A stretch of 33,242 bases of DNA, taken from the NCBI GenBank assembly GCA_030526445.1, contig JAUNCV010000004.1, forward strand, positions 390-33,631, given 5' to 3'. This document shows, piece after piece, positions 24,212 to 31,156 of the stretch. The position numbers and the translations under genes were made by a program. The first letter of the stretch is position 1; each line of letters starts with the position of its first letter. Below the pieces are notes generated by a model. The model did no database searches. It had not been told where the DNA came from and saw only the letters and a list, made by a program, of their open reading frames with translations. Source of the stretch: Bacteroidales bacterium. Its GTDB lineage: Bacteria > Bacteroidota > Bacteroidia > Bacteroidales > UBA3663.

Positions 24212-26467
24212 ATGACAAAAATTGATTTGAAAATATTCACCCTATTGCTGAGTTGGCTTCTTCCAGTTCAGTTGCTTGCACAGGCATTCATCTACCCTTC
24301 AGGCACACTGCGTAACGAGAAGGGCGAGCCTTTCGATGCTTCGGTTTATCCTCGCGTACTCTTTTATGACACTGAGGCTGAAGCAAAGGAGGACTATGAG
24401 CGTCTGAACGCCAAACCACCTAAGCAGCCCCTCACCGACCATGTCGTTGAGGTGGACGAAGCTGGCTATTTTGCCATTGAAGATGGTGTGAGCGAAGCAG
24501 GTTGGCTTATCTTCTTTGTAGATAACGGCACTCCTAAACTCGAGAAAATCAATGGCCGCAAGAAGATAGATGTGAAAATGTCGGGCGCTATCAACCTGAA
24601 AGGCGTCACCATTGACCATACCCGCCCAGACAAACCCGTGGAGATTGTTCCAGTGGTATTCGACAAATGGATCAGAATGCAGAACATGATTCCTGTGCCA
24701 CAAGAGATGGCTCAGTCGAACTATCGTCTCATTTTCCAGCCTTATCTGCTCGAATATGCTGATGGCAAGAACGCAGACACCATTGAATGGTGCCGCCCTG
24801 TTGTGGCTGATGGTAGCGAGTTTCATGCCACACAGAAGAGACGCATGGGCTTTGATATGCGCAACGACAAACTGAACAACTACCTCTCTCCAGAGAACTT
24901 GGCCAGCGGCAATATGGTGATGTGGAGAGACTCGGTTGAGATGCCAAACCCAAGAAGCGGTAAGTATCGTGTATTCGGCATCACCAACATGGAGGATTAT
25001 AGCAGCACCGTGTATTATGACAACTATGTCATGGTTCGCGGTTTGCGTCGCCCACTCAAATATCTTGAGGTAGCTCCTTGCACTGTCGATCTCGACCCAA
25101 TGAAGCAAAACCCCAACACGGGCAAATATCTCTATGTACGCAATCCACAGAAGGAGTCGCACTCGTCAGACAACGAGTTGCACCTCACCTTCCTCTATAA
25201 CTCTCCTCAGCTTGACCCTGTAAATCCGAAGAATGAACAGGAGATGAACCTGCTGATTTCGAGCCTGACCGAAGTATTCCGTACTAAGGGCGCCAGTGTG
25301 CGTGAGGTTCGTTTTGTGGGTATTTCTTCACCTGAAGGTAGCTATCAGGGCAATATTTCGCTCTCAAGAGCACGTATTGCAACCGTCAAGAATGCAGTTG
25401 TAAGCCGTCTGTCGGCTATGGGTCGTGCCAACTTTGTAGCACCAGAAGAGGCAGGTGTGGCACCTTGGGATTCGGTAGTACCACTGCTGCAGAAAATGGG
25501 CTATTACGAAACAGCCCGCAAGGTAGAAGAGATTTGCAACAGTACTACCAACCACGATATGCGCTCGAACCGCATTGCGGCATTGGATGACTATGAGAGT
25601 GTAGTCAAGAGCGTATTCCCACAGTTGCGTAAGGTAACCTGTCACTGCCGCTTCGAGATTTTCCGTAAGCCAACCGACAAGGAGATTCTCCAAAGCTACA
25701 ACACAGACCCAGCCTATCACAATGGCACAGTCGAAGTGCCTCTCTATGAATATGGTCGTCTTTTTGAGTTGCTCAAGGATTCTGTTCCTGTAAGAGAAAT
25801 GGAGGCGCTCTACAAGCGAGCCTTGGACCTTTCTTTCAAACTCAAGCGTCCTTGGCACTTGCCTGCTAACCTGCTGGCAACCTCTTATCTGCAACGCGAT
25901 ACAGTTGATTTGAACGTACTTCGACCATTCCTTGACTTCAAGGGTAAGATCAACCAATACTCTGACTTGAAGAATATGGAGGAGCTTTGGGCCAACCAGA
26001 TGCTGATGTATATGAAGGCATACGAAGGCGATACAGCCCGCTTCATGGCTCAGGAACTGGAGAAAGCAGCAGATGTGGATATTGACAACTACGATTTGCC
26101 TCTCAGTTTTGCCAACCAGGCAGAGTTCCAGACCAACCAGCGCGTATTGACAACATTGCTCAATTCGAGCCCTCAGAATAAGGTTGTGATGTTCCTGGCT
26201 ATGTCTGATGACTCTTACGACCAGTCGGCCTTAGAGGCTTGGAAAGATCTTGACCAGAGCAAAGCCGTAACCTGGTATTTACGCTCGGTAATTGAGAGCC
26301 GCATCGACCCAGAATGTGAAAATGAAGAGGGACACGAAGCATTACTCAGATGCAGGGAGCTTGACGAGAGATTCTATGAAGAGAGCGAATTTGATGCCGA
26401 TCTTTCAGGTCATCTCGTAAGCTTTGCCAAAGGCCCTTGGCTGGCTAAACAAAAATCAGCACAATAA
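24212..26467 (+). CDS. DUF3868/OmpA-like domain protein with a long helical C-terminal region (751 aa)
   Basis: The signal peptide ends LLAQA. The central segment LHLTFLYNSPQLD...VRFVGISSPEGSYQGNISLSRARIATVKNAV matches the OmpA-C-like signature (G-x-[TS]-x-x-x-GS...N-x-x-LS-x-x-R). A gene in this position after DUF3575 is typical of Bacteroidales fimbrial loci. Confidence 0.7.
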   Translation: MTKIDLKIFTLLLSWLLPVQLLAQAFIYPSGTLRNEKGEPFDASVYPRVLFYDTEAEAKEDYERLNAKPPKQPLTDHVVEVDEAGYFAIEDGVSEAGWLIFFVDNGTPKLEKINGRKKIDVKMSGAINLKGVTIDHTRPDKPVEIVPVVFDKWIRMQNMIPVPQEMAQSNYRLIFQPYLLEYADGKNADTIEWCRPVVADGSEFHATQKRRMGFDMRNDKLNNYLSPENLASGNMVMWRDSVEMPNPRSGKYRVFGITNMEDYSSTVYYDNYVMVRGLRRPLKYLEVAPCTVDLDPMKQNPNTGKYLYVRNPQKESHSSDNELHLTFLYNSPQLDPVNPKNEQEMNLLISSLTEVFRTKGASVREVRFVGISSPEGSYQGNISLSRARIATVKNAVVSRLSAMGRANFVAPEEAGVAPWDSVVPLLQKMGYYETARKVEEICNSTTNHDMRSNRIAALDDYESVVKSVFPQLRKVTCHCRFEIFRKPTDKEILQSYNTDPAYHNGTVEVPLYEYGRLFELLKDSVPVREMEALYKRALDLSFKLKRPWHLPANLLATSYLQRDTVDLNVLRPFLDFKGKINQYSDLKNMEELWANQMLMYMKAYEGDTARFMAQELEKAADVDIDNYDLPLSFANQAEFQTNQRVLTTLLNSSPQNKVVMFLAMSDDSYDQSALEAWKDLDQSKAVTWYLRSVIESRIDPECENEEGHEALLRCRELDERFYEESEFDADLSGHLVSFAKGPWLAKQKSAQ

Positions 26468-26490
26468 ATTAACAAAAAAACGAAACAGCT

Positions 26491-28329
26491 TTGAAGCGTA
26501 GATTACTATATAGTATGACCGTATTGGCCTGCTGCCTCATGGGCAGCGGGGCAACTCACGCGTCGGCACAAGAGGCCGATTCAACCACTACTGCAAAGAA
26601 AACGCCTAAAGGCTTCAATGCGCTTGAGTATGTGAACCAAGGCATCTGGAGAGGCAACAACCTGCCTTTCTCGAACAAGCAGTGGCATGACAATATTTAT
26701 ATATTTGCCGGTGTGGGTGCAGAGGGTCTTTCGAACAACAAGCTCGACCTCAGTCTTGGTACAATGACTTATGTGGGCATTGGTAAAGATGTAACAAAGA
26801 ACCACACCCTGCGTCTGGCCTTTGACTACACCAACAACCGCCGCACCATTGGCGACCCGCTGGATAGATGGGGCGTTTCACTGGCACACCTTTTCAATAT
26901 CTCGGGCTACACTATGGGCTACGACCCCAACCGCCGCATTGAGTTCTCAACTCTTGTGGGTGGAGGTTATCAGCACTCAGACTTAGGTAGCAAGAGCGCC
27001 TCTGGTTTCAGAGGATGGGTAGGCTTTCAGGCAAAATTTCACGCACAGCGCCACATAGATTTGGCTTTGGAGCCCTTCCTGGGCATCAGCACCTACAAGT
27101 TGATGATGGCAGAGAGACCTGACCGCCTTTACCAGCTCACTTATGGTGCCAGCTTTAATGTGAGATATAAATGGCATCACGACCAGTTTGAATATCACAA
27201 TCGTGCCAGCCATCTTATCTATGGCAACTTCTATTCGGCCAGCATGGGTGCAGCCATGCCTATCTCAGATCTTGAGGGTTTTGGTGTAGGTCCGACAGCT
27301 GCCATTGGTTTGGGTCGATGGATGGTACCGGGTTTGGGTGTCAAACTGACATTCACTGGAGCAAACATGACCTGGCACAAGGCCGACTATTCGGCTGAGG
27401 TGACCGAAGACAAGCCATACGTTCGCAACGAGAATACCAGTTATCTGGGTGGACGTCTGGAGTTGGTTTGGGAGCCAACCATCTTCTTCCATCGATATAA
27501 CGAATACAAGAACTTCCAGCTTCGTTTCCTGGCAGGTGGCGAGTTCGGATATATGGAGAAGAAGAATTACAACCGACCCATCACTGGCATGTATGGCGGC
27601 CCTACTGCAGCCATTCAGTTTGCTTATCGTTGCGAAGAGGACAAACTGCTTTATATTGAGCCTCGCTTCACCATGGCCAACTATCAGGTGCCTTATGAGC
27701 GCATCAAGGCATACAAACATTTTGCAGACAACATGATAAGCCTGAATGTGGGTATGGAGGTGAACGAACCTGTTATCTCGCGCAGAAAGGTGAACGCCTA
27801 CCTTCGACCCTATTTCCGCAAGATGTTACTCTTCAATTTGGAAGGCGGCATCAATGTCCCCATCTTCCCTACTCACTATGCTAAAAACATCAAGCCTGGC
27901 ACCTATCTTGGTTTGATTGCTCATTATCACTTGACACCGGAACATGGTTTTGCTGTTCATGCCGACTACAACCACCTCAACCTGGACATGGAGAAGGGTA
28001 AGCAGTCTGTACACTTGGTATCGTTGACTCACCAATATCGATTGGATGCAACCAACGCCATCTTAGGCTATGACCCCAAGCGCAGATATCATCTGGCTGT
28101 CTTTGCCGGCCCGACAGTGAGCTACAGAGTAAAACTCGACAGCAATCAGTCAGATAAGATTTATGTAGGTGCAGAAACAGGATTCCAGATTAAGTATAAC
28201 TTCACAGAATACTTTGGTTTCTACCTGTCACCACAAATCAAACTTTATCCAACCGACATTCTCCAGAACGGAAGTGACGGCCTCGACAGAATTGTTAACA
28301 TCGCTGCCGGCGTGCAGTTCAAATTGTAA
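26491..28329 (+). CDS. Predicted outer-membrane beta-barrel protein built of three ~180-aa repeated modules (612 aa); probable TTG start
   Basis: The TTG at 26491 gives MKRRLLYSMTVLACCLMGSGATHASAQ, which has a positively charged n-region. The ATG at 26515 would lack that region. Recurrent motifs are GYDPNRRIEFSTLVGGGY / YKNFQLRFLAGGEFGY / GYDPKRRYHLAVFAGPTVSY, and GWVGFQAKFH / AAIQFAYR / AETGFQIKYN. Confidence 0.7.
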   Translation: MKRRLLYSMTVLACCLMGSGATHASAQEADSTTTAKKTPKGFNALEYVNQGIWRGNNLPFSNKQWHDNIYIFAGVGAEGLSNNKLDLSLGTMTYVGIGKDVTKNHTLRLAFDYTNNRRTIGDPLDRWGVSLAHLFNISGYTMGYDPNRRIEFSTLVGGGYQHSDLGSKSASGFRGWVGFQAKFHAQRHIDLALEPFLGISTYKLMMAERPDRLYQLTYGASFNVRYKWHHDQFEYHNRASHLIYGNFYSASMGAAMPISDLEGFGVGPTAAIGLGRWMVPGLGVKLTFTGANMTWHKADYSAEVTEDKPYVRNENTSYLGGRLELVWEPTIFFHRYNEYKNFQLRFLAGGEFGYMEKKNYNRPITGMYGGPTAAIQFAYRCEEDKLLYIEPRFTMANYQVPYERIKAYKHFADNMISLNVGMEVNEPVISRRKVNAYLRPYFRKMLLFNLEGGINVPIFPTHYAKNIKPGTYLGLIAHYHLTPEHGFAVHADYNHLNLDMEKGKQSVHLVSLTHQYRLDATNAILGYDPKRRYHLAVFAGPTVSYRVKLDSNQSDKIYVGAETGFQIKYNFTEYFGFYLSPQIKLYPTDILQNGSDGLDRIVNIAAGVQFKL

Positions 28330-28349
28330 TCTCAGTAAAAAGTATCAAT

Positions 28350-29567
28350 ATGCTTAAAAAATACAACCGTCTGTTCGGCGCCTTCTGCGCTGTTTCAGCC
28401 CTCATGAGCCTCTCGACAGCATGTTCTTCAGACAACAATCTGGAGAACGATATGGAGAATCTTGAGGAAAGAGAAGCTATCCAATTGAACTATACATGCC
28501 CTACTCTTGAAGTTGAGAGTAGAGGTTACGGCAGTGTAGGTCCATACATTGGCAAGGATTCCATAATCTGGAACAAGTATCCTGTTTATGTTTATTCTAT
28601 CTTCAGAGAGGCAGATGATTTCAACTTCGATGTTCAGGACGAAGATCATCTTGTGCCAACATTCCTGTTAGGTGGCAAAGACTCTCTTTATATGGGTCAC
28701 AGAGGTACTGTATATTCAAAAGAAACAAAAGGCAGCATCTCTTTCTCAAATACCACATATTACCCAATGGTGGGCACATACCGCTTTATGGGTTATCACG
28801 TCGATGATGCCAAAACTACAGCAGCAAAAAAGATTGAAAATGCCTCAAAACTGCAGATTGATGTAGAGTATGATGGCACTCAGGATATCATGGTGGCTAC
28901 TGACACCAAATATTATTCGACACAAACTGCACGAAAGGGACAGATTCCGAACCTTGTCTTCAAACATCAGCTTGCCCGTCTCAATGTTTACGTTGTTGCA
29001 GGTGATACCTCGGCTGTTGTTAGAAACCCCAAGGACACTCTTGGCATCAAGACCAAAATGACCAAAGCATACAACAATGATAAAGATAAAGTATTTGTAA
29101 AGAAACAGGGTGTATTCCTTGATTCTCTCTTTATCAACGACCAGTTCAGCAAGGGTTATCTTTTGGTTTCTGCCGATTCTTGTGCATGGCGCTTTACAAC
29201 TGACAAGAAGGCCAACTTTAAGATGGCAATGGACGCAAAAATGATTAAGGACAACTTGAATGGCGGACAGATAACCAAGGTTCCTCAGTATTTAGGAGAG
29301 GTTCTTGTAAAGCCTGAGACCAGTTACTATACTGATTTTAACATCTCAGAATACGTTAATCAGATTCCTGATACAATTGCTCCAGACAAACGTCATAGAA
29401 AATACAGCAAAATCAAGATTGCTCCACCTAAGGGAAAGACCAGATTCTCGCCCGGTTACAGCTACGACGTGAAGATTACTGTTTATTCAATGGAGAATAT
29501 TGCAGTAACGGCACAGTTGACCCCATGGAACCCTGGAGGTAGCACAACGATTGATCCAGACAATTAA
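28350..29567 (+). CDS. Fimbrillin-family (type V pilin-like) lipoprotein (405 aa)
   Basis: The lipobox is LSTAC followed by SSDNNLEND. It carries LEVESR-GYG (Arg58), YDGTQDIMVA, FKHQLARLNVYVVAGD and YSYDVKITVYSMEN...LTPWNPGGSTTIDPDN. Confidence 0.75.
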   Translation: MLKKYNRLFGAFCAVSALMSLSTACSSDNNLENDMENLEEREAIQLNYTCPTLEVESRGYGSVGPYIGKDSIIWNKYPVYVYSIFREADDFNFDVQDEDHLVPTFLLGGKDSLYMGHRGTVYSKETKGSISFSNTTYYPMVGTYRFMGYHVDDAKTTAAKKIENASKLQIDVEYDGTQDIMVATDTKYYSTQTARKGQIPNLVFKHQLARLNVYVVAGDTSAVVRNPKDTLGIKTKMTKAYNNDKDKVFVKKQGVFLDSLFINDQFSKGYLLVSADSCAWRFTTDKKANFKMAMDAKMIKDNLNGGQITKVPQYLGEVLVKPETSYYTDFNISEYVNQIPDTIAPDKRHRKYSKIKIAPPKGKTRFSPGYSYDVKITVYSMENIAVTAQLTPWNPGGSTTIDPDN

Positions 29568-29586
29568 ATAATCATTCCATAAATAA

Positions 29587-29626
29587 TTAGGGCAGCCTCA
29601 TTTGAGACTGCCCTAACTTATTTTAT
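29587..29626. terminator. Bidirectional terminator between the pilus locus and the trpB2-like gene
   Basis: A perfect 9-bp stem TTAGGGCAG (29587-29595) / CTGCCCTAA (29608-29616) is flanked by AT-rich T/A runs on both sides. Confidence 0.75.
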
Positions 29627-29638
29627 CATTAACAAGAT

Positions 29639-31009
29639 TTACTTGATAATCTGCTCCAACTCGCTTACATTCTTCTGAACATCCTCATCGCTCACCTCAT
29701 AGTCGTGAAGCGAACCAGAAAGATACTGATCGTAAGCGCTCATATCGATAAGACCATGGCCTGAGAGATTGAAGAGAATTACCTTCTCCTCACCAGTCTC
29801 CTTGCACTTCTCTGCCTCACGAATAGCTGCTGCAATAGCGTGGCATGACTCAGGAGCAGGAATGATGCCCTCAGCCTTGGCAAAGATAAGACCCGACTTG
29901 AAGGTCTCGGTCTGCTGAATATCAACAGCCTCCATATAACCATCCTTCAAAAGCTGAGAGATGATAACACCAGCACCATGGTAACGAAGACCACCTGCAT
30001 GGATGTTGGCTGGCATGAAGTTGTGACCCAAGGTGTACATAGGGAGCAATGGAGTAAGACCAGAGAGATCACCAAAATCATACTGGAACACACCACGGGT
30101 AAGCTTAGGACATGACGCAGGCTCTGCTGCAATGAAGCGAGTCTTCTTGCCATCCTTGATGTTGTGGCGCATGAATGGGAACGAAATACCACCGAAGTTT
30201 GAACCGCCACCGAAGCAGCCAATCACAACATCTGGATATTCGCCTGCCATCTCCATCTGCTTTTCTGCCTCAAGGCCGATGATGGTCTGATGCAAAGCTA
30301 CGTGGTTGAGTACAGAGCCCAATACATACTTACAGTTAGGAGTAGTCATGGCCAACTCAACTGCCTCAGAAATAGCTGTACCCAAAGAACCCTGGTTCAT
30401 AGGGTCCTTGGTGAGGACATCCTTACCAGCACGGGTTGACATAGAGGGCGAAGGAGTTACCTGTGCACCAAAGGTCTGCATAATAGAGCGACGATAAGGC
30501 TTCTGCTCGTACGAAATCTTTACCTGATATACAGCAGCCTCAATGCCAAATACTCGGGCAGCATAAGAAAGAGCTGCACCCCACTGACCAGCACCTGTCT
30601 CGGTAGTGACATTAGTGATACCTTCCTGCTTGCAGTAGTAAACCTGAGCAAGCGCCGAATTGAGTTTATGAGAACCAATAGGGCTCACACTCTCATTCTT
30701 GAAGTAAATGTGGGCAGGAGTACCCAAAGCCTTCTCCAAACCATAGGCACGAACCAATGGAGTAGAACGATAGTATTTATAAAGATCACGCACCTCTTCT
30801 GGAATATCAATCCATGCATCGGTGGTGTTGAGTTCCTGATGGGCCAATTCCTTGGCGAAAAGTGGATAGAAATCCTCCTCCTTCATAGGCTGCTTGGTAG
30901 CAGGGTTAAGTGGAGGAAGTGGCTTGTTAGGCATATCTGCCTGAATGTAATACCACTGGCGAGGGATATCCTCTTCTGCCAGGAAGTAACGCTTCTGTTT
31001 TGTGCTCAT
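29639..31009 (-). CDS. TrpB-like PLP-dependent enzyme (tryptophan synthase beta chain 2 family, 456 aa)
   Basis: YFKNESVSPIGSHKLNSA contains the PLP lysine. TETGAGQWGAALSYA and GCFGGGSNFGG are present, together with the long N-terminal extension typical of TrpB2. Confidence 0.88.
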   Translation of the reverse strand: MSTKQKRYFLAEEDIPRQWYYIQADMPNKPLPPLNPATKQPMKEEDFYPLFAKELAHQELNTTDAWIDIPEEVRDLYKYYRSTPLVRAYGLEKALGTPAHIYFKNESVSPIGSHKLNSALAQVYYCKQEGITNVTTETGAGQWGAALSYAARVFGIEAAVYQVKISYEQKPYRRSIMQTFGAQVTPSPSMSTRAGKDVLTKDPMNQGSLGTAISEAVELAMTTPNCKYVLGSVLNHVALHQTIIGLEAEKQMEMAGEYPDVVIGCFGGGSNFGGISFPFMRHNIKDGKKTRFIAAEPASCPKLTRGVFQYDFGDLSGLTPLLPMYTLGHNFMPANIHAGGLRYHGAGVIISQLLKDGYMEAVDIQQTETFKSGLIFAKAEGIIPAPESCHAIAAAIREAEKCKETGEEKVILFNLSGHGLIDMSAYDQYLSGSLHDYEVSDEDVQKNVSELEQIIK

Positions 31010-31049
31010 TGTTCTTTACTTTTTTAGACAATATTTAGAATAAACGGCA

Positions 31050-31080
31050 CAAAGGTAAGCAAAATATCGCAACACACAAA
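31050..31080 (-). promoter_or_regulatory. Candidate Bacteroides-type promoter for the trpB2-like gene
   Basis: On the minus strand, TTTG (31080-31077) is followed after a 19-nt spacer by TACCTTTG (31057-31050). The ATG is at 31009. Confidence 0.5.
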
Positions 31081-31096
31081 GAAAAATGTAAAAAAA

Positions 31097-31128
31097 ATTG
31101 CAGATTCACTTTATTTTTGTTAACTTTG
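31097..31128 (+). promoter_or_regulatory. Candidate Bacteroides-type promoter for the GH43 gene
   Basis: ATTG ends at 31100 and TAACTTTG lies at 31121-31128, a 20-nt spacer. The ATG is at 31157. Confidence 0.5.
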
Positions 31129-31156
31129 CACAAGTTAAAACCATATATGTTGTATC

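Noticed and set aside
24299-25162. 287-aa minus-strand ORF inside the DUF3868/OmpA-like gene
   Set aside because: It is an antisense ORF without signal or domain features. The plus-strand gene has a signal peptide and the OmpA-like motif.
16172-29567. Interpreting the locus as a SusC/SusD-type PUL or a T9SS cargo cluster
   Set aside because: There is no TonB-dependent receptor-sized (about 1000 aa) protein with a plug motif and no SusD-like protein. I recognised no conserved T9SS C-terminal sorting domain. The repeated lipobox/Arg-site/fimbrillin motifs fit type V pilins instead.
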